Below are positions 22,626-33,219 of a DNA stretch of 44,624 nucleotides, one piece after another. The first letter of the stretch is position 1, and every line of letters starts with the position of its first letter. The notes beneath the pieces were generated by a model. The model was given only the letters and a program-made list of their open reading frames with translations. It searched no databases and was not told the DNA's origin. A program made the translations under genes and the position numbers. This DNA is from a virus: the IMG/VR virus record IMGVR_UViG_3300028840_001024, one strand, 5' to 3'.

Positions 22626-23269
22626 TGGCTGTACAAAAAACAAAACTAATTGACCCGGTGAATGTAGATGCTGACGGAATAGCGGAGGCTCAAGCTGTTG
22701 CTGGTGCAGGGGCTTTAACTCTTGATGGTGCTTTGGTTTCAGGTGGTGTTTATAGCGGAGATTACGCAAGACAGATAGGTATTTTAAGTGCTGGTGATGA
22801 CTCGCTTATAACTTTTACTGTTACCGGAACAGACGCAGATAAAAGAGCTATTACCGAGGCTGTAACTGGCTCATCTGGTGCGCCTGGAACGGCAGAATCA
22901 ACTTTATATTTCTTAACTGTAACCTCTGTTGTTGCGAGTGGTGCAGCATCGGGGAATGTTTCCGTTGGTACAGTAGACGAATTTGTAACAAATACAATTC
23001 CACTCGATAAATACAATCATGACCCTGCATCTGTTTCTATGGAGAACATAACAGGGACTATTAATTTTTCACTTGACGAAACCTTTACAGATTTTCAAAG
23101 AGAAAACATTATAGAGTTTTTCCCTGCTAATGAGACAGCGTTTAACGAAAGCACAGTAGCAACACATGGCGATATAAGCAACCACGCAACAGGAATAAGG
23201 CTTAGAGTTAATTCTTATTCAAGTGGGGCAGATTTACAGCTTGTAATTAATCAAAATAGGTCTTGCTAA
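22625..23269 (+). CDS. virion structural protein (putative)
   Basis: 214 aa, A/G/T-rich. TAATG coupling with the upstream gene; the next ATG directly follows its stop. Confidence 0.5.
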   Translation: MAVQKTKLIDPVNVDADGIAEAQAVAGAGALTLDGALVSGGVYSGDYARQIGILSAGDDSLITFTVTGTDADKRAITEAVTGSSGAPGTAESTLYFLTVTSVVASGAASGNVSVGTVDEFVTNTIPLDKYNHDPASVSMENITGTINFSLDETFTDFQRENIIEFFPANETAFNESTVATHGDISNHATGIRLRVNSYSSGADLQLVINQNRSC

Positions 23270-23524
23270 ATGACAAGTTCATTAGAGAATAAGTATAGAG
23301 TCGGTGACTACAGGTGCATATGCGATTATTCAGGTTTTAAAGTTTGGGCTTCAGAATGTCGCAGAACATGGGACGGTTATTTTGTTCATAAGCGATTTTG
23401 GGAACCAAGAAACCAGCAAGATTATGTTAGGGGTCGTGTTGATAGGCAAACTGTCCAAATCGCACGGCCTGAACAAGAGGACGTTTTTATAACATCGGCT
23501 GATATTTCACCAGAGGATTTATAA
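23270..23524 (+). CDS. hypothetical virion-module protein
   Basis: 84 aa, abutting both neighbours. Confidence 0.5.
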   Translation: MTSSLENKYRVGDYRCICDYSGFKVWASECRRTWDGYFVHKRFWEPRNQQDYVRGRVDRQTVQIARPEQEDVFITSADISPEDL

Positions 23525-24490
23525 ATGAGTACATCTGGAACAGCAACATTTGATTTAACGAGAAACGAAATAATAAGGCTTGCGCTGCTGAAGTGTAACG
23601 CAATAGACCCCACTGAAGCTGTAGAAACTACTCAACAAGATGACGCTAATAAATTCCTAAACATGTTTATCAAGAGAGTTTCAGCAGACAAGCCACTTTT
23701 CGGTACACTCGATTATGTAATACCTTTGTATGATGAAAAACAGTCTTATACTATCGGTTTGGGCGGCGATAAGAATGTTAATAGACCGTTAGCAGTTACA
23801 CAGGGAAGAAGGCGAGATTCATCTAATATAGAAACACCTGTTTTTGAAACTTCAAGAAACGAATATATGGATTTGCCATTGAAAGGCTCGACAGGAATTG
23901 TAAATCAATTCTGTTATGATAAACAATTATCAGAGGGTGTTTTATATGTTTGGCCTGTTTCATCTACGGCATCAACGAGCCTATCTGACGGTTCTACAGA
24001 TCAATGGACAGACTCACCTGCTGTAACGGGTGAATATTACTACACAGGCTCAGATATAAGCGCAGAGCCTGTGTATGTTTTTGCCGATGGTACAGAGTTG
24101 ACAGAAGGCACTTTAGGAAGTTTGGCAAACGGCGAATACGCATGGGGTGACAATGATGCTTTGGGCGCTGATACTTTATATGTTAAAACAGCTTTAGGTG
24201 ACCCGGACGGACAGGCAAGCGGTTATATTAAAGCCCTAACTACAACGCCGGATAAGATAGTAATCACGGCACATAGGCCGCTTGAGGATATGTCTACAAG
24301 TTCAGATAACCCTGATTTCCCACAAGACGCTCTTGAAATGCTTGTTGATAACCTTGCTGCAATACTTTCAACGCAGTACGCTCCACACTTAGCGGTGATA
24401 TTAAAGCAAGAGGCGCAAATTTCGTTGCAAACTTATTTCGGCCATGACACCGAAGATGCAAGCTTAAAAATTTACCCGAGGTATAGCTAA
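23525..24490 (+). CDS. tail/adaptor structural protein (putative)
   Basis: 321 aa in the tail module. Position only. Confidence 0.45.
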   Translation: MSTSGTATFDLTRNEIIRLALLKCNAIDPTEAVETTQQDDANKFLNMFIKRVSADKPLFGTLDYVIPLYDEKQSYTIGLGGDKNVNRPLAVTQGRRRDSSNIETPVFETSRNEYMDLPLKGSTGIVNQFCYDKQLSEGVLYVWPVSSTASTSLSDGSTDQWTDSPAVTGEYYYTGSDISAEPVYVFADGTELTEGTLGSLANGEYAWGDNDALGADTLYVKTALGDPDGQASGYIKALTTTPDKIVITAHRPLEDMSTSSDNPDFPQDALEMLVDNLAAILSTQYAPHLAVILKQEAQISLQTYFGHDTEDASLKIYPRYS

Positions 24491-25914
24491 TGCCAGATGT
24501 ACCAATTAACCAAAAGCCCTATACTAATGTCGATGATGTCGGCAATCCTTTTGCTATTCAGTCTTTTATAGACATGGATAAAGACGATTTTATGAACAAT
24601 CGTTTTAGGCCGGGCCTTGGTGGAGATACGAATGATTACTTTGCAGACCTGTCAACAAGCGAAGGAATAGATGGTGTTTTTGAGTTAATGAACTATGACT
24701 TTGCTGCTGTCTTTTCAAATGGATCATTGTACAAAGTAGATGAAGATGGCACAGCAACAGAGATTACAGGCGTTACTTTAAACAAAGATGCACCTGTTTC
24801 ATTCGCTGATTTCGGGACAGCAGGGTATTTTTGCAACAATAGCCGGATTTTAAAATGGACTTACACTTCAAGCACATGCGCTTTTATATCAGACACTGAC
24901 GCACCTACAGACGCTACACATGTGGCTTTTTTCGATAGCTATTTACTTGCTTTAAGAGCGGATTCACAGATAGTTGAGTTTTCAGACGTTGACGCACCTG
25001 ATACGTGGCTCGGAGAGCGATTCACAGCAGAGCAACGGCCCGATAATTTAGTTGCAATGTTCGCAAGGTTTGGCGAGGTGTTTTTACCCGGGACAGAAAC
25101 AATTGAGAACGCAACAGACACCGGAGATGCAACAACACCATTCCAAAGAATACCTGGTGCAACAACCGAAAGAGGCTCTATATCACCTTATTCATTCACA
25201 CAGATTGATAATAGCTATTTCTTTCTTGACTTTGATAGGCGTGTGATAAGAATGGCAGGCAGAAACCCGCAAGTTATAAGCAATCCTTTTGATAACGAAT
25301 TTCAGGAATTAATAAATATAGAAGATTGCATAGGGTTTCACTTCAACCCGGACGGAATGACAAAGTATATATTGCACTTTCCATCGGACGGGAAAACATA
25401 CGCATACGATTACAAGCTTGATTATTGGGCTGAGTATTCATACTGGAACCACACTACAGGGAAAAGAAACAGCTTTCTATGTAAAACAGGTGCTTTTATT
25501 TCTAAATGGAACAAATATATTTGCGGCTCTAAGGACGAAGGCAAACTTTATATAGCATCAAGAGACTACACTACAGATGAAGGTGAAGACGTAATACCCG
25601 AGTTAGTTACAGGTCGGATAGATTGGGGTAAGATTAACCGGAAACAATCAAGAAAGATTACTTTTAAAGTAAAGCGTGGTAATGCAGCAATAACACAAAC
25701 AAACGCTAAAATATACATGAATAAGCGAATTAATGGAAAAAAACAATGGTTGAGTAATGAAAAAATTATTGACCTTGGAATAACTGGTGATACATATTCA
25801 TATAAAAATTTCAGAAACCTTGGAGAATATAGAGACGTTCAGTACAGAATTAGAATGCAGGGCGCAAGCTCTATTATATCAAAGATGGTTGAGACTATAG
25901 TGGAGATACCATAA
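24490..25914 (+). CDS. tail structural protein (putative nozzle/tubular)
   Basis: 474 aa. Position only. Confidence 0.45.
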   Translation: MPDVPINQKPYTNVDDVGNPFAIQSFIDMDKDDFMNNRFRPGLGGDTNDYFADLSTSEGIDGVFELMNYDFAAVFSNGSLYKVDEDGTATEITGVTLNKDAPVSFADFGTAGYFCNNSRILKWTYTSSTCAFISDTDAPTDATHVAFFDSYLLALRADSQIVEFSDVDAPDTWLGERFTAEQRPDNLVAMFARFGEVFLPGTETIENATDTGDATTPFQRIPGATTERGSISPYSFTQIDNSYFFLDFDRRVIRMAGRNPQVISNPFDNEFQELINIEDCIGFHFNPDGMTKYILHFPSDGKTYAYDYKLDYWAEYSYWNHTTGKRNSFLCKTGAFISKWNKYICGSKDEGKLYIASRDYTTDEGEDVIPELVTGRIDWGKINRKQSRKITFKVKRGNAAITQTNAKIYMNKRINGKKQWLSNEKIIDLGITGDTYSYKNFRNLGEYRDVQYRIRMQGASSIISKMVETIVEIP

Positions 25915-27669
25915 ATGGCAAAAGTACCATTAGTAACAAGAGGGATAATCCAAAAATTTAAAGATGCCCCTGAGGTACAGCGTTTTTTAATGGATCTTGA
26001 GGGGGTTTCTTCAGACCTTAACGACTACTTACAAATAGTTAACTTACTCGGCACGACAAACCAAATAACGGTTACAAATAACGGTGATGGAACTTTAACA
26101 CTTTCAACACCACAAGATATTGACACTGATGCAGATGTTACTTTTAATTCAGTATCTACAGAAAAAGTCTCATTTGATATAACTGCATCGGCAGACCCGG
26201 CAGAAGGCGAAGTATGTTGGTCTGATGACGATGGAACATTAAATATCGGCTTACCCGGAGGTAATGTTGTTTTACAGACTGGTTTAGAGGGATTAATAAG
26301 GGTTGTAAATAAAAGCGGAGCAGCTATACCAAACGGGAAGGTTGTTTATACAACAGGCTCACAGGGCAATAGATTGACTATAGACTTAGCAGACAACAGC
26401 GACCCTGATAAAATTTTCGTTCTCGGAATGACAACAGAGAATCTTGACAACAACGCAAACGGCTATGTTGCTTTGTGGGGAGATGTAAGAGGGAGCGCAG
26501 CAGAGCCGATAAATACTTCTCCCTATTCTGAGGGTGATAAGTTATATTTAAGCACAGCAGGTAACTGGACAGACACACACCCAACATCTGCGACAGATGG
26601 CGTGGTTTTAATAGGGTGGGTTCGAAGATCACACGCTACAGAAGGCGTGATATATCTAACAAGGCCACAAGCTTTTTCTATCGGAAATGAGTTTAACGGC
26701 ACAATGCGAGCGTCTATATCTAATAAAAGCACAGGCACAAGCGCCGCTACAGGGTTTACCGCAATTAACGACAACGGACATTATGTTACGTTTGGTATAG
26801 CTGGTTCTGGCAATACAACATTTACAGGTGAAAAATCGGTTTTTTACGCCCCCGGCTATGGCGATCACTTACAAGCGGTAGATGGGAACAAGGATTTTGT
26901 ATGGCTAACTGACCCGACAGACTCACATAATAATTCATCTTTAACAAACGAAGTTATGAGACTTGTAGCAGCCGGACACCTCAAGCTTGTAAAAGATAAC
27001 AGCAAAATGTATTGGGGTGCTGGTGATGATGCAAGCGCTTATTATGACGGCACAGACTTTAATATCAAAACAGACGAAGTTGCAGCAAGTGACTTACTCA
27101 TTGATTGCGGAACAGAGAAAACAATTGAGCTTATAGAGCCTGTTTATGAAGATTTACAGGTAAGTATATCAAACGTTAGAGTTCCAGCCTCAAACGCACC
27201 TACAGAAAGATTATATAATCATGGCATAGGTGGTGGTGTTACTTTTCCTGTTTTGGGTTTTGCTGTGGGTGATTATTTTTATTTTGACTTACAAACATCG
27301 CACAGTATGAAGTTGTCAACTATCTTAGATAATCATTTCCACTACATGACACCGACAGACGGAACGGGAGACAGGTTTAAATTTCAACTTGATCTTATTG
27401 CTGCACCTATAGACGGCAATTGGGCTGTTCCAACAGGTAGCCCGTTTACAACAGAGGTTACTATGGCGGCTGATTTAAGCAATTCACATAAAATAGAAGA
27501 GATTGCAGATATACCAGCAGTCAATACAACAGTAAGTACATTATATAAATGTAAGTTTACAAGAATAGCAGCATCGGCAGACGAATACGCAGGAGAGGTT
27601 TATATTGAGTTTAACGATAGCCATTACCAGAAAAATACAATGGGTTCAAGGGTTGAAGATAGCAAATAG
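25915..27669 (+). CDS. tail fibre-like structural protein
   Basis: 584 aa, T/G/N-rich. Position only. Confidence 0.45.
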   Translation: MAKVPLVTRGIIQKFKDAPEVQRFLMDLEGVSSDLNDYLQIVNLLGTTNQITVTNNGDGTLTLSTPQDIDTDADVTFNSVSTEKVSFDITASADPAEGEVCWSDDDGTLNIGLPGGNVVLQTGLEGLIRVVNKSGAAIPNGKVVYTTGSQGNRLTIDLADNSDPDKIFVLGMTTENLDNNANGYVALWGDVRGSAAEPINTSPYSEGDKLYLSTAGNWTDTHPTSATDGVVLIGWVRRSHATEGVIYLTRPQAFSIGNEFNGTMRASISNKSTGTSAATGFTAINDNGHYVTFGIAGSGNTTFTGEKSVFYAPGYGDHLQAVDGNKDFVWLTDPTDSHNNSSLTNEVMRLVAAGHLKLVKDNSKMYWGAGDDASAYYDGTDFNIKTDEVAASDLLIDCGTEKTIELIEPVYEDLQVSISNVRVPASNAPTERLYNHGIGGGVTFPVLGFAVGDYFYFDLQTSHSMKLSTILDNHFHYMTPTDGTGDRFKFQLDLIAAPIDGNWAVPTGSPFTTEVTMAADLSNSHKIEEIADIPAVNTTVSTLYKCKFTRIAASADEYAGEVYIEFNDSHYQKNTMGSRVEDSK

Positions 27670-27677
27670 GCGCAAAT

Positions 27678-28148
27678 ATGGTTAGAGTTGTAAAAAACAA
27701 AGAGCTAATTAAATCATTCATATACGATGATAAAGAGCTTTTTGATCGTATTACAGACGACTATGATAAAACAAAGATTAAAACAAGAGAGTCATTTATG
27801 ACTAATAAGGTATTATGGATAGGCTTTTTTGATAAAGGAATATGTAAAGCTCTTGCATATCTAAGCAAAGGCACACAAAAAGCACTAAATGTCCATATAA
27901 ATATACCCAAGAAATACAGAACCTACACCGCTTACAGAGCAAGTAAAAAGCTTTTAGAGTATGTAGAAAAAAATATAAAAAGCTGTTATAATAAACTAAA
28001 TACACAGATACCAAGTATTTATCCCAACGTTATAAGGTGGGCTGAAAAGTTTGGGTTTAAAAAGTACGGTATAGATAAAGGTGTCTGCTTGATAAATAAC
28101 GAGCTTTGCGACCGGATTCTAATGAGCAAAAAAATAGTGAGGTCATAA
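27678..28148 (+). CDS. small alpha/beta protein, possibly GNAT-like acetyltransferase
   Basis: 156 aa. The C-terminal IRWAEKFGFKKYG resembles the GNAT beta-alpha-beta tail. Weak. Confidence 0.3.
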   Translation: MVRVVKNKELIKSFIYDDKELFDRITDDYDKTKIKTRESFMTNKVLWIGFFDKGICKALAYLSKGTQKALNVHINIPKKYRTYTAYRASKKLLEYVEKNIKSCYNKLNTQIPSIYPNVIRWAEKFGFKKYGIDKGVCLINNELCDRILMSKKIVRS

Positions 28149-28852
28149 TGGGTGATGCAGAAAAGTTCTACAAAGAAGAGATAGAAGAGCCTATAAGCGA
28201 AGCGGCAGAAGACATACTTGGCGAAGAGATATATGAAACATTAACATATAGTGGCTTTGATTTAATAGAGGACGAAAAAGAGTTTTTACAGGACCCATTT
28301 GGAGCAGAAGAGGCAGCCGAGGAAGCCGGAGAAATAGCGGAGAGGTCAGCCTTAGAGGGCATAGAAACACTTGAACAGCAAAACGAGCTATTACAAGCCC
28401 TTTACCAGCCGTATTATGAGCAAGGTGCGGAGGCTTTGCCGATCCTTCAACAAATGATATCAGGCACATACGAGGGCGAACCTTCAAAACTTTACGAATA
28501 CCAAAAAGAAACAGGCGAGCGAGCTATAAAAAGACGAAGGGCGGCAGGTGGTAGCCTTGGCTCATCAGGTGCAGAGCAAGAACTTGCAGGGTTTTATGGT
28601 GATATAGCAGCAGAAGAGGCAGAACGGCAATATGGAGGCGTATTGTCCCAGATACAGCTTGGTTCAGGTTCTCTTAACGCTATTCAAGGAGCTTCGAGCG
28701 CATTGTCAGGCAATGTAGGCTCTATTTATTCGAATTTAGGTGCACAAAGTAGTGCTATTTCACAACAACTTGGCGGTGCGAGGCAGTCAGCTTATCAAAC
28801 TTTGGCCAACACTCTTGGTAATTTATCAGTTTACGGAGCAATGAGGAGTTAA
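28148..28852 (+). CDS. internal virion protein (putative)
   Basis: ATG 28148 overlaps the upstream TAA. Acidic N-half and G/S/A/Q-rich C-half. Confidence 0.45.
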   Translation: MGDAEKFYKEEIEEPISEAAEDILGEEIYETLTYSGFDLIEDEKEFLQDPFGAEEAAEEAGEIAERSALEGIETLEQQNELLQALYQPYYEQGAEALPILQQMISGTYEGEPSKLYEYQKETGERAIKRRRAAGGSLGSSGAEQELAGFYGDIAAEEAERQYGGVLSQIQLGSGSLNAIQGASSALSGNVGSIYSNLGAQSSAISQQLGGARQSAYQTLANTLGNLSVYGAMRS

Positions 28853-28854
28853 TT

Positions 28855-29502
28855 ATGTGGTGGATGCTACCAATGGTTGCAAGTTTCGGGTTTCAATATG
28901 CCGGAATGAAAGCAGGAACACAGGGAATTGTAACTGGCGCTGAGTCTCAAGCCAAAATAGAAAAAATGAGCCGTGATTATCAAAATAGAGTTTTTAAGGA
29001 AGGATATAAACAGCAAGAACCTTTTATGAAGGCTGGTGTTGAGGCTTTGCCTTTATATCAAAGAGCCGTTAGTGGAGACGCACAAGAGACAGGTATCGGC
29101 GCAATGGAAAGGCGTATGGTTGAAAAAGAAACCTCTTCTATGTCTGACCATGTAAGAAACGTTACGGCCCAAAAAATGGAAGCTGAAGGCGCAGAAAAGA
29201 CAAAAGGCCGTTTAATGGATATTATGCAAATTGGTTTAGGTCAGTCTGGTGCGGCTGGAAGGTCAGCTATTAATTTAGGCTCAAGCCTTGCAGGTTCATT
29301 ACAAAGAGGTGGTAGCGCTTTAGCCTCTGCAACAATGGCCGGGAATATAGGCAGACAGAATATGTATATGGGAGCATTAGAGCAACTTTCAGGGCTTCCA
29401 GCATATATGGCAATGAGGCCATCAACACCGCAACCACCTGCAAGGGTAGGATATGTCGGAGGGGTTCAACCTCAACCATCAGGAGGTATAATGTATGCCT
29501 AA
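28855..29502 (+). CDS. internal virion protein with N-terminal hydrophobic segment (putative)
   Basis: MWWMLPMVASFGFQYAG. G/A/S-rich. Confidence 0.45.
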   Translation: MWWMLPMVASFGFQYAGMKAGTQGIVTGAESQAKIEKMSRDYQNRVFKEGYKQQEPFMKAGVEALPLYQRAVSGDAQETGIGAMERRMVEKETSSMSDHVRNVTAQKMEAEGAEKTKGRLMDIMQIGLGQSGAAGRSAINLGSSLAGSLQRGGSALASATMAGNIGRQNMYMGALEQLSGLPAYMAMRPSTPQPPARVGYVGGVQPQPSGGIMYA

Positions 29503-30808
29503 CGGATATAGAACAGGACAAGATATTGGCGGTTTCGGTAGACTAGCACAGGCTGAATTAACAAAGCGAAGAGAGCAACGGCTTGATAAAGAATATGAAT
29601 CACGGTCGAGGTTGCAAGATATCCAATTGCAACAAGCTCAATCAAATCTTGCCGAAATTAACCGAAAGAAGAAAATCAGAAATGATTTAGGCGTATTGAC
29701 TCAGAACTTGCCGGAAGGTGAGAACAGATTTACTGCTCAATATAAGTATTTGATGGAGCAGGGAGAACAAGACCTTGCACATCAAGGGATGAAACGCCAG
29801 AGTGATTTAATTGACAGTATATATACTAAAAACCCAGAGCAAGGCGCAAAGATTTTTAATGATACTATTGGTAAGGTTATGAACACTACTATAACCCCTA
29901 TATCAAAAGTTCCTAAAAAGAGCGACTTGGTTCAAGCAACCCAAAACGGTAAAACCGTTTTTATGAAAATGACACCAAAGGGTTTTGAAGTTGTGCCACT
30001 GCCTAAAGGTGTGACAATAAGCGATTTAAGCGGGGAAGCTCCTGTTGACCCTACAAAGTTGGACTATTGGGCGCGCCAGTTTATAGCTACAGGAAAGAAA
30101 GTTTTCCAGGTTAGGGGGAAAGAGGCAAACAGGCTTAACAGGTTAATAGCCGAACACGCAGCTACTATACAATTGCAATCTGGAATAACTGGCCCTGAAA
30201 CTGTATATCAGCAGAAAGATAGAGAGGCAATACAAAAATCAATAGCAAAACAAGAACAACAGAGGGGTTCAATGGGAAGTTTTGTTATAAATATTGACAA
30301 ACAAATTGAAGAAATAGGGCATGTAGCCGAGGAAATATCAAGGTCAGATGTTAGACTTCTCAATAAACCGATAAATTGGGTTGCTAAAAAAATAGCAGGC
30401 GACCCAACTCTTGCAAAATACAGGTTGTATTTAAGTGAGCTACAGAGAGAGGTTTCAAAACTATCTCAAGGCGCAACTGGCTCAGTCGCACAATTATCAG
30501 ACGCAGAACAAAGGCACTGGGCCTCTGTTATGGATGAGGATATGAGTGTTGGAAATATGATGAAACTACTTGAATCAGTAAGAGACGCAGGCCGCATAAG
30601 AATGGAAAGCGTGGATGAGGCGCTTGTAGAATCAAGAGAAAGACTCCGAAGCGTTGGAAAGACTACAACCACACCAAAAGTAAAAAATGTTGTCATTAAG
30701 GCACATCCTGAGTATGGAGATATAAGTGAAGACGACATCGCAGTAACAATGGAAGAAAACAACATGACCCGTGACGAAGTGATAAATATGCTTGGGGAGG
30801 GTGAATAA
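29495..30808 (+). CDS. internal virion protein (putative)
   Basis: 437 aa, helical and charged. AGGAGG RBS. 8-nt overlap with the upstream gene. Confidence 0.45.
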   Translation: MPNGYRTGQDIGGFGRLAQAELTKRREQRLDKEYESRSRLQDIQLQQAQSNLAEINRKKKIRNDLGVLTQNLPEGENRFTAQYKYLMEQGEQDLAHQGMKRQSDLIDSIYTKNPEQGAKIFNDTIGKVMNTTITPISKVPKKSDLVQATQNGKTVFMKMTPKGFEVVPLPKGVTISDLSGEAPVDPTKLDYWARQFIATGKKVFQVRGKEANRLNRLIAEHAATIQLQSGITGPETVYQQKDREAIQKSIAKQEQQRGSMGSFVINIDKQIEEIGHVAEEISRSDVRLLNKPINWVAKKIAGDPTLAKYRLYLSELQREVSKLSQGATGSVAQLSDAEQRHWASVMDEDMSVGNMMKLLESVRDAGRIRMESVDEALVESRERLRSVGKTTTTPKVKNVVIKAHPEYGDISEDDIAVTMEENNMTRDEVINMLGEGE

Positions 30809-33219
30809 TGCCAGGGAGAAACCTTTTTGCAGGTAAGGGGCGTAATTTAATCAAAACCCCTATTCAAAGAGCAAGAGAAAGACATCCAGAGGTTATAAAG
30901 CCCGAGATTATAGGTGGCCCTGAAACACTTGGAGAAGTGGCACAAATAGAACCAAAGTTTGAGAGCGCAGAGGAAGCGGCAAAAGCGACAACAAGAGCAG
31001 TTATGCCATATGCAAGGCCAGTTATTGAGACTGGCTCTTCTATCACCGCAGCTCTAACGGCAACACCGACAACACTGATTGGGATGGCTGCTGCTGGTGG
31101 GTTAGGCTATGGCATTGGCGCTAAAGCATCAGACATAATAGAACAATGGGCCGAGGCTCCGAGCAGAAAGCAACCCGAAACACTAAAAGGTCAACTTGCG
31201 CAATCTGCAAAAGATATAGCGTTTGGGACTACTATGGAAATGGGTGGTCAATTAGCTATAAAGGGAATTACAACATCCGCTAAATTCGCAATGAATAAAC
31301 TAAAAGACATAGGCAAAGCACTACCACCATTAACCAAAGCAGGCGCAACGCAAAAAGCCGGGCAAGTGATAACTGCACAAACAGCAGACGGACCCTTAAT
31401 TGCTCAGAATATGGCAGAAGCGGAAGCGCTCGAAGAGGCTATACCGGGTTTAAAATTTAGTAGAGGGCAAGCAACAGGTGACCCTGGAGTTATAAAGTTC
31501 GAACGAGCAAGGGCAAGAATGCCAGGTGATGTAGCACAGGAACAACTTGAGCAAGCCGCATCAAATACTAAAGCAATAATAGCTTTTATGGACGAACAAA
31601 AAGGTGTATCGGGTATAAGTGATGTTATAGACCCACTTGCACAGCAACAACAAGCACTTGAAACTGGAGTAACAGCAGCAGGCAAAGCGCTTGAAAGAGA
31701 AGGTGCACAGATGGCTGGAATGGGGCCAGTTGAAACAGGCGAAGCTATCAGAACCGCAGCGCAAGCCGGAAAGAAAGAAGCTCAAAAACAAGCCGGGAAG
31801 CTATTCGAGGAAGTCCCGGAGTTTCCGATTAATGCAAAACAGCTTATTTCAAAGATAGACGAACTATCAGCACCTACTAATAAATTTGAAGCCGTAGGTA
31901 AAAATGTACCTGAAGAGTTTGCACAATACAAAAAAATACTTGAGGAATCAGGCGGTATATCTACACCACAGGATTTACAGGGCTTGCGCTCTAATTTAGC
32001 TGAATCTCTAAGAGACGCACAAGGCGCTGCAAGTCCAAACAACAGAGTTATATCAAGACTGTCTCAGCTTATCGGAGAGGTTGATACTGTTTTAAAAGAA
32101 GCGGGAGAAATTAAACCACCTACAGGTGTTAAAACAAAACCAGTTGCCGACGCAGCCGAAAAACTAAAAACAGCCCAACAATTCTGGAAAAAGGAAGTAA
32201 TAGACAAATTCAAAACCGGAACCACAGGCGATATATTAAAGAAAGGCGCATCAGGTGACAAGGTGTCTAACGCTCAGATAGCGTCAAGATACTTTAAACC
32301 AGGAAGGGCAGGAGTTGAACAGGCAACAGAGTTCGTTGATTCAGTCGGAGACAACCCACAAGCAAGAGAGGCTATTGAGGATTATATCAAACAAGATTTA
32401 TTAAGCGCATCAACTAACCCTGTAACAGGAGAAGTTATAGAGTCAAAATTAAAAACATGGTTGACTAGACATAAACCAGCATTAAAAAAACTTGGATTAG
32501 AAAATAGATTTAATACAATTGTTAAGGCTTCTGAAGAATTAAACAAAGCTAAAGATATGAAGATTGCTTTTGATAAATCCGTTGCATCTAAAATGCTTAA
32601 TTCAGACATCGACACAGCAGTTAAAAACGCATTTGCAACGGGTTCTAAGAGCAAAGCAGCATCAAGGCTTATGGGACAGTTAAAAGGCGATAAAAAAGCT
32701 ATTTCAGGGCTACAGAATGCAACTATTGACCATGTAATAACAAATGCAGAGACAACAGCCGCAGACGCTTTTAATAATCCTGTTTTAAGCCTTGCCAAAG
32801 TTGAGGGGGAGTTTAAAAAACTAAAACCAGCTTTAAAGGTTTTATTTAAAGACTCGCCAGAAAAACTTGAAGCGTTAAATAAGTTTAGGTCAGCTTTGAA
32901 AATATTGCAACGTGGTAAAACATCTCCCCTTGGTGGTGGCTCTGATACTGCAGAAAATGTTATAACTGCAATGTCAAAAGCGTCTGGTTTATCTCATAGT
33001 AGAGCTCTAAATATAATAAAAGCCCTTGCAAAGCCCCTTAGAGATATGAGCGACAACCAAGTTAATGCAATATTAAACAGGGCTGCGTTTGATCCTGAAT
33101 TTGCACAAACAATACAAATGGCTGCAAAAGGTAGGCCAATCAAAATTATAGAAAGTAGATTTAAAAATCATTTAGCTGCATTGGGATTAAGAGAAGCACT
33201 AAAAGACAAGGAGCAATAA
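30808..33219 (+). CDS. large internal virion / ejection protein (putative)
   Basis: 803 aa, alanine- and lysine-rich and helical, directly before the tailspike. Confidence 0.45.
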   Translation: MPGRNLFAGKGRNLIKTPIQRARERHPEVIKPEIIGGPETLGEVAQIEPKFESAEEAAKATTRAVMPYARPVIETGSSITAALTATPTTLIGMAAAGGLGYGIGAKASDIIEQWAEAPSRKQPETLKGQLAQSAKDIAFGTTMEMGGQLAIKGITTSAKFAMNKLKDIGKALPPLTKAGATQKAGQVITAQTADGPLIAQNMAEAEALEEAIPGLKFSRGQATGDPGVIKFERARARMPGDVAQEQLEQAASNTKAIIAFMDEQKGVSGISDVIDPLAQQQQALETGVTAAGKALEREGAQMAGMGPVETGEAIRTAAQAGKKEAQKQAGKLFEEVPEFPINAKQLISKIDELSAPTNKFEAVGKNVPEEFAQYKKILEESGGISTPQDLQGLRSNLAESLRDAQGAASPNNRVISRLSQLIGEVDTVLKEAGEIKPPTGVKTKPVADAAEKLKTAQQFWKKEVIDKFKTGTTGDILKKGASGDKVSNAQIASRYFKPGRAGVEQATEFVDSVGDNPQAREAIEDYIKQDLLSASTNPVTGEVIESKLKTWLTRHKPALKKLGLENRFNTIVKASEELNKAKDMKIAFDKSVASKMLNSDIDTAVKNAFATGSKSKAASRLMGQLKGDKKAISGLQNATIDHVITNAETTAADAFNNPVLSLAKVEGEFKKLKPALKVLFKDSPEKLEALNKFRSALKILQRGKTSPLGGGSDTAENVITAMSKASGLSHSRALNIIKALAKPLRDMSDNQVNAILNRAAFDPEFAQTIQMAAKGRPIKIIESRFKNHLAALGLREALKDKEQ

